In this document: positions 1 to 13,400 of the stretch, piece after piece
Numbering within the stretch: position 1 is the first letter of the stretch
How the letters are laid out: every line of letters begins with the position of its first letter
Source: Macrostomum lignano
Lineage: Eukaryota
DNA: 64,000 nucleotides
NCBI GenBank assembly: GCA_002269645.1
Contig: NIVC01000108.1
Span: 516,963 to 580,962, forward strand
Reading direction: 5' to 3'
Translations under genes and position numbers: made by a program
The notes under the pieces: model-generated
What the model was told of the DNA's origin: nothing
The model's input: the letters and a program-made list of their open reading frames with translations, nothing else
The model's database searches: none

Positions 1-1259
1 TTTACCATGCCATCCGTTAAAACATACATATTAAATCGACCTAACTGTAAAACATAAGTTTGCGTCCCACGTTCCATATGAAACGAATCAAAATAATTGG
101 TTAGACTCAACTCTTAACTGTCATTTTTATGGCACCGCCAGAAGACAGAAGAAATTTTATAGGAATCCAGCCTTCTGATAATGAGGGGTAAGGTAGTGAT
201 GAGCAAGTGAAACTTGGACAAGTTTTAGTGAAATATTGGGTGTAACTTGATTGAGACACCAGCTTTATGACGTTGATCGTAAAATTAAGTACGGTGAACC
301 AACTCGTTTCCTGAACATCGGCAGATAAAAAGTATGGAGAAGCAACTTGAACATACATGTATATATTACGGGCTATATAGCCCATAGCCCATGGCTGATT
401 TTGATTGTCCTGAATTTTCTGAGCTTTATTTGTGTTGCTGACATAATATATAACGTAATCTTCTATAATCTATAAATATACTAAAGCTGAGACCGTCGTG
501 TACATATGTGTGTTTTTGCGTGTATTATATAATATAATATAATAAATAACAGCCACGAATAAAAATTTGGTGTGCAGATGCAATTCCCATTGTTTATGGT
601 CAATGCTTCCGCCTTAAGTTCATATGCTTATGGGAGAGGGTAGCATTCTTTTTAACTGTTACATAGTCAATTGGAGGGGATTTATCTCAAAAATCATGCG
701 ACGATATCATTTATGAGAATTTCGAGGTTTTTAAAAGCTTTTTCTATGAATAAAGATGAGGTCCGTGAGATTAAATATCTTAAAGCTGTGTGTCTTAATT
801 GTAATGGTAAGTAACTTGCAGACAAGTTCAATCTTAACAAACCAGCTGGAATAAATGAGTTTTTTCACTGTTGGTTGAAGTCCCCCGAAGGGGGGCATTA
901 GATTGCTAGTCTTCTTCTTAATACTAAAGATGAAAATAATACGAGCGTATTGTAGGTATTTCAATACTCCTCCTAGACTGTTGAACCAAAATTTATCAAA
1001 CCTGCACCATTTGATTGGAATTTCTTACGGGACTATGCATGACTATTTTGAAGTTGAGAAAACTTGCTTTTTGCCTATGCTTTTAGTGTATTTTTGCTCG
1101 CAGTCAGAGCCAACTATGACTCGGGCCATAGACTAAAAACATCTTTGTTTGATCCACATGACGTGCAAATCTATTCGTTCGTTGAATTAACTGGCTTTGT
1201 TATGCCGAAAAGGAAAAGAAACCTGAATCACAGAATAGTAGACTTGCGAAGCAACAACT

Positions 1260-2250
1260 GGGGGATGCTTGCTGTGGGCTGCTTGCTGTCTGGGGGATGC
1301 TTGCTATCTGGTGGATGCTTGCTGTCTGGGGGATGCTTGCTGTCTGGGGGATGCTTGCTGTCTGTGGATGCTTGCTGTCTTGGGGATGCTTGCTGTCTTG
1401 GGGATGCTTGCTGTCAGGGGGATGCTTGCTGTCTGGTGGATGCTTGCTGTCTGGGGATGCTTGCTGTCTGGGGGATGCTTGCTATCTGGTGGATGCTTGC
1501 TGTCTGGGGGATGCTTGCTGTCTGGGGGATGCTTGCTGTCTGTGGATGCTTGCTGTCTTGGGGATGCTTGCTGTCTTGGGGATGCTTGCTGTCAGGGGGA
1601 TGCTTGCTGTCTGGTGGATGCTTGCTGTCTGGGGATGCTTGCTGTCTGGGGGATGCTTGCTATCTGGTGGATGCTTGCTGTCTGGTGGATGCTTGCTGTC
1701 TGGGGGATGCTTGCTGTCTGGGGATGCTTGCTGTCTGGGGGATGCTTGCTGATGCTTGCTGTCTGGGGGATGCTTGCTGTCTGGGGGAGGCTTGCTGTCT
1801 GGGGGATGCTTGCTGTCTGAGGAATGCTTGCTGTCTGAGGAATGCTTGCTGTCTTAGGAATGCTTGCTGTCTAGGGGATTGCTTGCTGTCTGGGGGATGT
1901 TTGCTGTCTGGGGGATTGCTCGCTGTCTGGGGGATGCTTGCTGTCTGAGGAATGCTAGCTGTCTAGGGGATTCTTGCTGTCTGGGGGATGCTTGCTTATG
2001 CTTGCTGTCTGAGGAATGCTTGCTGTCTGGGGATGCTTGCTGTCTGGGGGATGCTTGCTATCTGAGGAATGCTTGCTGTCTGAGGAATGCTGGCTGTCTA
2101 GGGGATTGCTTGCTGTCTGGGGGATGTTTGCTGTCTGGGGGATTGCTAATTGCTGTCTGGGGGATGCTTGCTTATGCTTGCTGTCTGAGGAATGCTTGCT
2201 GTCTGAGGAATGCTTGCTGTCTGAGGGATGCTTGCTTTCTGGGGGATTCT
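1260..2250. repeat. 18-bp minisatellite (GGGGGATGCTTGCTGTCT)n with 17-19 bp variants
   Basis: Tandem units visible directly; they explain the GGCLLS/GDACCL repeat ORFs. Confidence 0.95.
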
Positions 2251-2457
2251 TTGAGTTAGGCTAACAAAGAGGAGTCTAAGGCCGTGAGCTCCTGCTGTAG
2301 ACCAGAATATGCCCCGGCCAGTGACAATATGCACTAAGAGTTTGTGCTTGAAAGGATAAGCACTATTTTCTGATTGAGAAAGGGTTTTGGGTTGATGAAG
2401 GAAACATTTTTGGCTGATGAAAGTTTTGATTCATGGCAATTTGGTATCATTTTTAAG

Positions 2458-2485
2458 GCCCCCCAGCGGGGGGCTAAATGGCTAG
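2458..2485 (+). mobile_element. Probable Helitron 3' terminus (GC hairpin plus CTAG|T)
   Basis: GCCCCCC-AGC-GGGGGGC stem-loop followed 7 nt later by CTAG then T, the canonical Helitron 3' signature. No 5' TC end or Rep/Hel ORF identified. Confidence 0.5.
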
Positions 2486-2619
2486 TCAGCTACTAAAATC
2501 GTGGCGACCACAAAAGCGAAATGGCGCAGAGGTGAATGATAAAGAGCCGAAACGGTCATTAAGAGAACGTTCGCCAATTTTTCCTGTCTGACGGTTGACG
2601 ATGCTGCACCTTCAATAAG

Positions 2620-3537
2620 TGCTCCACGCCAAGCCATCGACAGAAAAAATTGCGACTCTCTGCATGGCCTGGAAACTGGTTAATGATGAATTTATGCAGC
2701 TAACTGGACTCGAATCGGCACCTGATGCGGTAAGGAAGAGATGCTTTAAGCTTGAAGAGTCGAAAACGCTTTTTTGTCCGGGTGAGATTCTCAAGGAAGG
2801 AACAGTCGGGAAGAAAATAAGTGTGCAGCTAGCAGCGCAAGTTCTCTCCCGCACCATGGCCCACGCGATTGCCGTGTATAAGGAACGTCTAATGATAGGC
2901 TGATAAGCATACGCGATTGTACATCTCGTGTATTGGTGGGCACTGCAAGCGAAACAGTCTGAGTGCTGCATCCAGACAGGTGTCGGCCACCAGGCTATGG
3001 TAGACTGGCAAAACTTTATTCGCGACGTGTGTGCCCAGGTGCTGGAGGACCACCCAGTCCAGCTTGGTGGCCCTAGCCTAGTGTTGATGTGGAGATCGAC
3101 GAGTCCTACTTCATGCACCGTAAGTTCCATCAGGGTGCCTTCTGGTCAGTGGGTGTTCGGCATGGCGGAGCGTGGTTCAACAAAGTGCATGATGGTGGTT
3201 GTTCCGGACCGCACGGCTGTCACCATGCTCCCTATCATCGCACGTTATATCCTACCAGGGTCACGCATCATAACAGACGGCTGGCAGGCATACAACACTG
3301 CCAAACCAACTGACAGTCAACCATCGCCTGCATTTTGTTGACCCAAACGCACTGCACATCCACACGAACCTCATTGAGGGAACTTGGGCCCACGTGAAGG
3401 CCAAATTTCGTCGCATGCATGGAACTAGCGATGCGCTGTTCGCCACGCATCTGGAGGAATTTCTTTGGCGCCGGCTTCACCCCATCAACGCTTTTGGCCA
3501 CATGATGTACTGGATCGCCCATTATTACCCCTGCTGA
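2620..3537 (+). pseudogene. Merlin/IS1595-family (ISXO2-like DDE) transposase, frameshifted
   Basis: Across three frames: VDVEIDESYF, QWVFGMAERG, TMLPIIARYILPGSRIITDGWQAY, TVNHRLHFVDP..HTNLIEGTWAHVK..HLEEFLWRR, ending in TGA at 3535-3537. Frameshifts near 3080, 3137 and 3305. TIRs not located. Confidence 0.88.
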
Positions 3538-3586
3538 GTTTTGAACTTTTGACACGAGTCTTGACACTCAATGTTGTATCCCTGTT

Positions 3587-4262
3587 TTTAATTAATTGTT
3601 TCATTGTTTCTAATTAATTGTTTCATTGTTTCTAATTAATTGGTTCATTGTTCTAATTAATTGTTTCATTGTTTCTAATTAATTGTTTCATTGTTTCTAA
3701 TTAATTGCTTCATTGTTTTTAAATAATTGTTTCATTGTTTCTAATTAATGGTTTCATTGTTTCTAATTAATTGTTTCATTGTTTCTAATTAATTGTTTCA
3801 TTGTTTCTAACTAATTGTTTCATTGTTTCTAATTAATTGTTTCATTGTTTCTAATTAATTGCTTCATTGTTTCTAATTAATTGCTTCATTGTTTCTAATT
3901 AATTGTTTCATTGTTTCTAAAGCAGAAGCTTCAAAAGCAGAAGCTTCATTGTTTCTAATTCATTGTTTCATTGTTTCTAATTAATTGGTTCATTGTTTCT
4001 AATTAATTGTTTCATTGTTTCTAATTAATTGTTTCATTGTTTCTAATTAATTGCTTCATTGTTTCTAATTAATTGTTTCATTGTTTCTAATTAATAGTTT
4101 CATTGTTTCTAATTAATTGTTCATTGTTTCTAATTAATTGTTTATTTGTTTCTAATTAATTGCTTCATTGTTTCTAATTAATTGTTTCATTGTTTCTAAT
4201 TAATTGTTTCATTGTTTCTAATTAATTGCTTCATTGTTTCTAATTAATTGTTTTATTGTTTC
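3587..4262. repeat. 22-bp AT-rich minisatellite (TTGTTTCATTGTTTCTAATTAA)n
   Basis: Direct tandem units, with one short AAGCAGAAGCTTCA dimer interruption near 3920-3948. Confidence 0.95.
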
Positions 4263-6950
4263 TCGCGTTTGCGCACCAATTTGAAATAAAAAACTTCGAA
4301 ACTTCGAATTGCTAGGAATCGATAGGAAATTGCTAGGAATTGCTAGAAACGGAAAAAATTTGTTAATTTTACTGTTTTAAAAGCTTGGGGGATGTCCAAA
4401 CATGCTAAAATCAGCTTCTCAGGTGAAGAGAGTGCAAAAAAACATTGAAAAAATAGTTTAACGAACGATTCGAGAAGAATGCCGCATTTGGCAACCTGCC
4501 GCTGCCCAATTTTTTCTAGACTGTAATTGCTTGATTTGCTCCTTTTAACGCTAACTTCTTTATCTGCTTATTTATTAATTGTAACAAATGAGCACATGCT
4601 ATTAGAACTTCAGCACTAAGTAGTGAAAGTTGACGAAATAATATATATTATTATTACTTTTATATTCTTCACCTCAGCTCAGGAGCAGTACACCATGCAG
4701 TTTACGGATACCCTCGATTTTAGACATGATTTTGAAAATCATGAACCTGGCTTAAATCATTGAATAAAACTATTCATAAGCAATGATAAGCTCTAACATC
4801 AATTTCACCATAGTAGCAATTTCTAATAAGTATGGCACGCTCTATCAACTACTAAACAAGCAGCAGTTGCAAAAGGAAATAGAGCGAGTTCAAATTGAAA
4901 ACAATTAGTGCAGCTCAAACAAGGAGAAGTAAAAATAAAGAATGACAGGCGGTAAAGATGACTGAGGTCTTTAAATCTGTATATAGAAAATATCTAAACG
5001 GTATGTCAAGCCTTCTAGCTCTACTTTTATCAATGCTGTGCCTATGAGTTCCCTATGCAAATTGGAATAGCTTTGCGAACAAAGATTCCATATATTAGGC
5101 ATAGCAGAATCAGTCAGAAATCGAACTTACCCAGTCTGGTGCTTCGTTTAAAAACGAAACTTCTCTCTGTCTCAGAGTTTATTGCTGCTCTGCTCGCCTG
5201 CTGCTGAACAAAAGCCTAGGGAAGGCGCTCAGAATGGGAACTGCAGAGCCCACAGACCATAGACTAAACTGAGGAGATCGTGAAAGCTGCTGAACTCAGT
5301 CTCGCTAAAATCATAGTCTATGGCCGAACTTTGCACGAACCGGCTTAGGCTAGATGAGAGAAATGCACTGTGAATGCATTCTTTTTAGATTATGCGTGCA
5401 TAATGGATTTTGTCTATGGTTGAACTTCATGGTCAATGATTAAGATAGAATCAGTTAAGAATGATGTAGCAACATTAAAAAATTGTTTTTAGTTTTCAAT
5501 GATAATAAATAAAAGCATGGTAGTGTGTGAATTGAAATTCGCCCTAATATAACCAGTTAACAACTTTGCGTTAGCTCTCTGCAGAGTTTCGACAATTACA
5601 TTCATCAACATTCAAATATTTTCACCCGGACGCGGGAGCAAGTGTTGTCAAGATACATGTAGGTTTCGACCTTGTACAGTTGTTAATACAGTTGTCAGGA
5701 AAATTATGTTTAAAGCAAAAAAGCATCGTGGCTCTGAAAGCCAGCTATCTAGCCTAAGTCAGACATCAGCATCCCCTGTGAGCTTTGGCATCAAAGCCTC
5801 CATTTAAGCCAATGGCCCTAACCCTACCTTTGATCTAAGGCCTACCAAAAACTCCCAGTTGACCCTTAGCATCTCAGCAACTCCCCCATAAGTTTTGAGC
5901 GGAGAGCAGCACTGTCTATATACGATGGGTGGGCAATACAGGCGGGGATTGCTACAGTTTTCCTGATGCCGTTGTTTTTCGTCGCAGACAAGCAGACACC
6001 CAAGGGCTCAAAGTCTCGAGCCATCATCTGTGCTACCTGCATCATGAGTTAATAATGTATCAAGCAGATTAATAGTTAACAAGAACGGCCAAGTCAAACT
6101 GAGATATTTTTAAAGTCGAGCCAAAAGCATGAAAATAAAAACTTGATATCGCAAAGTAAAATTCAGTATAATATCATCTGAATGATTAATTCAAACTCAA
6201 GACTGCTCAGATCTTTTGCAAACATCATTCTTGCTTCTCCTGGAAGAGCATGTTCTACCAAGCCAAGCCAAGAATCATTGCAACTGTACACTGATAAAAA
6301 GTCGGTGCTTAATACCAAATTTGGGTAGAAAATATCGGAATTCAATGAAAAATACCGGTATCTCTAGAATTAGGAATTTAAATGTAATGTCAATATCAAA
6401 AGTGATAATAATGTTTACTCGAATCGAACTGATAATTTCCCGAAAAGCTACATCACTGCAATTGAGAGGTCAGAGAAGCGTCTTTGAAAGCAAATCTCAG
6501 GGACTTTAGACCGCGTAGGTAAGCTGAGAGTTTTGCATAAATTGAAGAAGTCAAGTGAATGCGCGCACTGCACTACTCACTGAGCAGGAGGGGCAAGCAG
6601 TAGCAACAAGCGAGTGTACAATAGTTATAACAACCAATAATTGGTCTGTGCTGTCCAGCAGATTTTTCTCGCAGTCATGGCACAACAATATAAAAAAATT
6701 CGATTAGGGAAATCTGGCAAATAAGTAAATAGAAAATCAGTAAAATTGCGGTTAAAATAATATCTTCAATAAAATCACAGAATTGTACACAGCACAGAGA
6801 GTACACATTTACACAGCACAAGCTCTGTCGCAAGCGATAAAATACGATTTATAATAACCATGCTAAAAATAGATAAGGACATAGCCAATTCGATTAATAC
6901 AATAAGTACTGAGTTTGTTAATGCATTTAACATGCAAGTGGGAGTCCTCT

Positions 6951-7418
6951 GTGATCTAATTATCGGTCTCTCTGATGTAATTATCGGTCTCTTTGATCTA
7001 ATTATCGGTCTATTTTATCTAATTATTGGTCTCTTTGATCTAATTATCGGTCTCTTTTATCTAACTATCGGTCTCTTTTATCTAATTATTGGTATCTTTG
7101 ATCTAATTATCGGTCTCTTTTATCTAATTATCGGTCTCTTTTATCTAACTATCGGTCTCTTTGATCTAATTATCGGTCTCTTTTATCTAATTATCGGTCT
7201 CTTTTATCTAATTATCGGTCTCTTTTATCTAATTATCGGTCTCTTTGATCTAATTATTGGTATCTTTGATCTAATTATCGGTCTCTTTTATCTAATTATC
7301 GGTCTCTTTGATCTATTTATCGGTCTCTTTGATCTATTTATCGGTCTCTTTGATCTATTTATCGGTCTCTTTGATCTATTTATCGGTCTCTTTGATCTAT
7401 TTATTGGTCTCTTTGATC
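6951..7418. repeat. 21-bp minisatellite (GATCTAATTATCGGTCTCTTT)n immediately 3' of the RPGR-like stop
   Basis: Tandem units; source of the IIGLFDL repeat ORF. Confidence 0.95.
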
Positions 7419-7439
7419 CAACGCAGCGATCAATCGCGC

Positions 7440-10400
7440 CTAAAGAATCGAGCATGATCTGCTGCCGCCTTCCGTCTTCGCTCCATCTGGAGCTGCCGCT
7501 CCATCCGCAGGCACCGCTTCGCCGCCGTTCTGCACGGCCGGGGCGCCACCATCAGAGGTGGCGGCGGTCGCTTCCGTCGTCGACTCGGGTTTGTCGGTCG
7601 GCGCTGATGACGCGGCCGGTTTCCGCCGCCGGCCGCCGCAGCCGACTCCGGACACGGCGCCGCTGGAGCCTCCGGACGCCTCCTGGGCGCCGCCGTTCTC
7701 CTGCGGTTTGCCAGCTGCCTCCGCCGTCTCCGCCGCAGCAGCGGGCCCAGCGGCCTCGGGGGCGGCAGCATCGGCGGGCGGGGGCTGGCGGCGACCCCGG
7801 CCACAGCCGACACCCTTTGTCATGCCCGAATTCGGCGGTGGTGGCGGCGGCGGCGTTGGGAGGCCCTCGATCGGCTCCGGGGCCGCCTGCTGTTGCTGCT
7901 GAGTCTCGGCCACCGCTGGAGCTTCAACCGGGACTGCAGGCTCTGCTGGTTTTCCAGCCGCCGACGACTGCTTCGGCTTCGATGGCGGTTTCGACGGCGG
8001 CGGCTGCTGCGCCTGCTGCTCCTGCGGCGGCGGCGGCGGCGGCGGCGGAGGCGGCGGCAGAGACGGCCGGGACCGCCTGCCGCTGCCCTTCTTCTTCGGC
8101 TTGGCGCGCGGCTCCGCGTAGGTGGCGTCGGCTTCTTCGCTGACGGCTTTCTTTGGCTGAGGGATTGCCGCGATGCGGGAGCAGAATGCTCTGCGTTGCT
8201 AAGTACATCAAGTACTCGATAATCATCTGCTTCAGCTGCTCACCTTAGCCTCGCTGCGCTTCTTCGGCAAAGGCTTCTCCGCCTCTTGAACCTGCTCGGG
8301 CTGGGCAGCGGCCTCTTCGTCCGTGTCGGGCGACAGGTCACCCGGCGGCTGCAGGAGGTTGTCGAACTGACGGAGGGTTTCGGCAGAAATGTGCAGCATG
8401 TTGAAGTGTTGCTTGTTGTTTAACATAGAGACGGGAATTCATCCCAAATCCATATTACAAATCTGGGGCTGAAGTCCTATTACGACGTAGCATATCTACT
8501 ATTCCAGTTTCCAGATCCCAAATCCTAAATCCCTGATCCCAAATCCTAAATCCCTGATCCCAAATCCTAAATCCCTGATCCTAAATCCTAAATCCCAGAT
8601 CCCAAATCCTTAATCCCTGATCCCAAATCCTAAATCCCAGATCCCAAATCCTAAATCCCTGATCCCAAATCTTAAATCCCTGATCCCAAATCCTAAATCC
8701 CTGATCCCAAATCCTAAATCCCAGATCCCAAATCCTAAATCCCAGATCCCAAATCCTAAATCCCTGATCCCAAATCCTAAATCCCTGATCCTAAATCCTA
8801 AATCCCAGATCCCAAATCCTAAATCCCTGATCCCAAATCCTAAATCCCAGATCCCAAATCCTAAATCCCTGATCCCAAATCCTAAATCCGTGATCCCAAA
8901 TCCTAAATCCCTGATCCCAAATCATAAATCCCTGATCCTAAATCCTAAATCCCTGATCCCAAATCCTAAATCCCAAATCCCAAATCCTAAATTCCGAAAC
9001 TCAAAATCCTAATTCCAACAATACAAATATCAGCTCCCGAATCACAAATTCCAAATGCGAGATAGAAGAGATCGCCTACTCGTGAGTAGCAAGTAAGGAA
9101 ATTTAAGCGAATCTCTCTGATAGCTTGTGTTTCCTGACTCCAATGAGAAAATGTGGACCCAAATCCTGCCCTCACCTGCGTGACGGCCATGACGTGCTGC
9201 GGTATTGGACCATCATCGGCAGTAGCCGCCGCCGCCGCCGCAGCCGTGTCCGCGGTCTCCTCCGCAACCCGGGGACTCCCGCCGTCCGTGTCGGCTGCTG
9301 CCAGCGGCGCCGACACCACCCGAACGCCGGGCTGGCACTCCACGGCCGCCTGTGACTGCGGATTGCCCGGAAATTGAATGGAATTAAAAACATTGAAACT
9401 GAAGCAGGAGTTTTCCATTCAAGCAAGTTCTTAATACTCGTACCTTGGCCTGAACAATCTCTTCCTCGGCTGCGGCGTTGTCCACCTCTGAAGGGAAAAT
9501 AAGGCAAATATACCAACTTCTCATGTCGAACTCAAAGTAGAGTGCTATTACTATTATTATTATAGCTAGCTCGTATTGCGGAATTTTCGAAATTGCAAAT
9601 TTTTCTAAGGATACTTAATGTGGAAGCCTACAGAGGGCTGAAAATTCAAAACGGAAATCCCTATAGAGGAATCCATAAAGGGAAATCCCTAAATTGAATA
9701 CCTAAAGGAAATCCCTTAAGGGGAGTCTCTAAAGGGAATCCCTAAAGTTAATTCTAAAGGGAATCCCAAAGGGAATCCCCGAAATAAATACTAAATGAAA
9801 ATCCCTAAAAGGGAATCCCTAAAATTTGAATCCCTAAAATTGAAATCCCAAAAAAGAAATCCTGCAGAAAATCTCATTAATGCATGCTGAATGTAAAATT
9901 CCTGAAAATAAATTTCGAAAAAGGTGATCCTCAAAAGGGGAGTTCAAAAAGGGAATCCTCAAAGGGAAATCTCAAAACAAATGACGATTCTGGACCGAGT
10001 AGGCGAACCTGGTCCGGAACCGAGCTTTCGCTGGCAAAGTCACTTGCGAGATGGGGAGTTTTCAGTCTTTTAGAGCTTAATTAAACAAACCCCACCTATG
10101 GATCTTAGAATTGCAAATAAAGCAAGCCAGCATTTCTTATAAAGTGCACACATAAGGTGAGGGATTATGATTTTGCAGCTAAAAAATGAAAATTTCCAAT
10201 CTCGTTATTTGCGCATTTTGCTGCCTCCAGTGAAATCGTAACGCCCTTCTCCTTCGCTTGTCCCTGGCCAGTTCGGGCAGCCCAAATTCAAATTCGCTAA
10301 CTTGGTCGCTGCCGCGGCCGCAGCAACTCGAAGTTCGCCGTCCCCCCGTTGGCAAAGAGGCCGCCGCCGTCAACGCTGTCGGTCATCGTCGGGCCGAACG

Positions 10401-13400
10401 ACTGGCGGGCAGCGGACTCGCGGAACTTCATGCGGGAACGCGTGCTGCGCCGTACCAGCAGGGTAGACGCCAGGCTGCCGTCCGGCTCCACCCCCGGTCC
10501 CGACTTGCCGGCCAGAGTGCGCGACAGCGGTCGCGGGCTCATCGCCGACATCGGATCCAGCGGGTCGTCGGCGAAGTCCGCCGCTGCCGTGTCGTCAACT
10601 TCGGCGGCGGCCAGTTCCGGATCGTCTGGTGAGCGCGGCGCCGCTAGCACCAGGGTGAGCAGGTTGCCGCAGATGGCGCGCTGGATGCGCAGACGGGCGA
10701 GAGCCTCCGTCCGGAACGGCCGGTACTGGTTGGACTGGCCACGTCGGGAGGTCGGGCCCAGCTTGCCGTGTAGTGCGTCACCGAAGGCGTACAGATGGCC
10801 GGAGCGGCCGCTCACACATGCGGAGTGGCGCTCGCCTGCGGACACGCCTGCGGTGGAGAGGAGCGTTCGAGAATGAATAATGCCTGGCAAGGAGTGAGGT
10901 GGGTGCCTGGGGCAGGGAGTGTGGTGGGTGCCTGGGGCAGGGAGTGAGGTGGGTGCCTGGGGCAGGGAGTGAGGTGGGTGCCTGGGGCAGGGAGTGAGGT
11001 GGGTGCCTGGGGCAGGGAGTGAGGTGGGTGCCTGGGGCAGGGAGTGAGGTGGGTGCCTGGGGCAGGGAGTGAGGTGGGTGCCTGGGGCAGGGAGTGAGGT
11101 GGGTGCCTGGGGCAGGGAGTGAGGTGGGTGCCTGGGGCAGGGAGTGAGGTGGGTGCCTGGGGCAGGGAGTGAGGTGGATGCCTGAGGCAGGAAGTGGAGA
11201 TGGGTGTCTTGGGGCAAGGAGTGAGGTGGGTGCATCGAGCATGTGTGAGGAGTCTCTTACTGGTCATTTCCACATCTTCGACGGCTTCCACCGGCGTCAT
11301 GAGCGGGGCGTAGAGCCGGTCGGCCCCGAGTCCGAGCTGACCGCTGTCGCCGGTTCCGCAGGACAAAAGGCGGCCGGTCTCGGTGAGCACCAGAGTGTGC
11401 TGAAGGCCACAGGCCACAGAGCGAGCCGCCTGACCGTCTGGCAGGGGAACCTGAATGTTTATTAATATTGATTGACAGACTGCCGTTGAAGCAATTAAAA
11501 ACAGAAGTCTGCTTTACTCACTCGCTGAGGCGTGTAAAAGTACTCCTTCTCCTCTGAGCCAGGCAGGCCGAGTTTGCCGCCCTCGCTCTCGCCCCAGGCG
11601 TACACCTGGCCGTTTGCCAGCACGCAGGCCGCGTGGTAGGCACCCGCTGCCATCGCCACGACGCGTTCAGGCAGCTCAACGAGGACGAGCGCGTCGCGGG
11701 ATTCTTCGAGCCCGGCGCCCTGGCCAAGGCAGCCCTCGGCGTTGGAGCCCCAGGCGTACAGGTCGCCTGCAGAGGGGCGTTGATGGCCGCGAGTGTATTG
11801 GACATCTAGTCACTGATCCATTGGACATCTAGTCACTGATCTATTGGACATCTAGTCACTGATCTATTGGACATCTAGTCACTGATCTATTGGACATCTA
11901 GTCACTGATCTATTGGACATCTAGTCACTGATCCATTGGACATCTAGTCACTGATCCATTGGACATCTAGTCACTGATCTATTGGACATCTAGTCACTGA
12001 TCTATTGAGAATCCAGTCCCAGCTCTATCGCAGCAAAGATCTACCCAGTGCACACCCTGCTTGCTGAGCATCAGGTTGAAAGACCGCCCAGCGGCGATAT
12101 CCTTGATGTCCTTGCCGTCCAGGTACAGCAGCTCCACTGGCTCCGGCAGATCCGTGGCCTCCCCAGTCAGCTGGCCGTCCGAGTTGTTGCCGAAGCCGAA
12201 GCAGCGGCCGCCCTCAATCATCACCAGGGTGTGCGTTGGGCCGCAGGCGACCCGCAGGGCGTGCAGGCCGGCTTCCCGCAGCTTCTTGACGCAGGACGGC
12301 TTGGCCTGGGCGTTGCGGTGGCCGAGGCCCAGCTGGCCGTAGTCGTTCTGTCCGAAGCCGAACACCCGACCAGAGGAGGTGACCACCACGGCGTGGCCTT
12401 CGCCGCAGGCCGCGGCCACCACTGTGTCGTTGCGGATGTAAAATTTTGGCGGCACATTTTTGCCGAACGCAAAAACGGCGCCGCTGTCTGCGAAATTTTA
12501 TTCAGGGAAATCAGTGGCACATTTGGTTATATATTTACAGCAATTACACATATAAAAGTATAAAGCTTAGGAACCTTTCTACCAAGAAGAGTTTAGTCTT
12601 CATGATTGAAAAGCATATTAAACTGAAGCTCGATAATTTCTAATTAAAAATAAAAAAGTTAAATGCCTACTTCTAACTAAGATAAAGGACATTTTTTAGA
12701 AAAAATGCTAGAAAAATAATGTCCTGAATAACTTTTTTGATTTTAGCCGACAATTTGCTTTAATAGCATAGAAATAATTATCTACAGGCAGATATCATTA
12801 CATTTTATCAATAAATAAAGGGTTGAACTCATTGCTGTTCAAAGGACCAAATAAATGCTGATTACAAAGAAACAAAATAGAAAATCTAACTTGCGCTATA
12901 AAAAAACAATGCTGAAGCTCAATTTCTAAGGGACTTGAGCGATGCATTTTTGTTGACATACTCATACTCTCTATATTACCATGATGAAAATTCTTTGCAT
13001 TGTGTTATTTATTTGTATGAGCTGTAAGTATCAAAATATATAAAAAATATAAAATTTTCTGATTTAAAATTGTGCTTCAAATGACTCCAAAGGTAAATTT
13101 CGAAAGACACAATATTAAATCTTATGAATATATTTAAATCCAAAATATTCATCAAAAAGGTGACTGAAAAAACAAGATTCTGTAGTCAACTTTAGGAAAT
13201 TAAAATTCAGCTGTATATAAAACATAGCATTTGTGCCAGCTGCAAAATTGGAATTAAAAAATCAGAAATATCAAGTTATCATGCAATGCACTGATGGGCC
13301 CATATCGCGTCAAATCAAAAACAGTGTCGTTTCCGTTTATATGTTAAAAATACGGTAATACAAATAAAAAACAATTAGAGGTAGTCGATAAAATCAAGTA

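Noticed and set aside
731-964. MPPFGG as a PIF1/Helitron helicase motif, or GG-containing LINE RT tail on the other strand
   Set aside because: Only a 4-5 residue resemblance, with no neighbouring helicase or RT motifs. The PFGG reading is also on the strand opposite to the Helitron end.
2810-2900. KKISVQLAAQVLSRTMAHAI resembling P-element/THAP9 transposase
   Set aside because: It is contiguous with the Merlin ORF and is equally explained as its degenerate N-terminal region (D..R.RC..C..KKISV). No other P-element motifs are present.
561-4280. GGTGTGCAGA (569) and TTTGCGCACC (4268) as Merlin TIRs
   Set aside because: Only partial identity, no matching TSD, and they would span the Helitron end.
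8511-8995. CCTAAA-containing array as an interstitial telomere
   Set aside because: The unit is 21 bp and not a run of TTAGGG or TTTAGGG.
9990-10070. Extra RPGR exon (LKTPHLASDFASESSVPDQ)
   Set aside because: Phase-incompatible with the flanking exons as modelled; exon 5 joins 9487 in frame without it.
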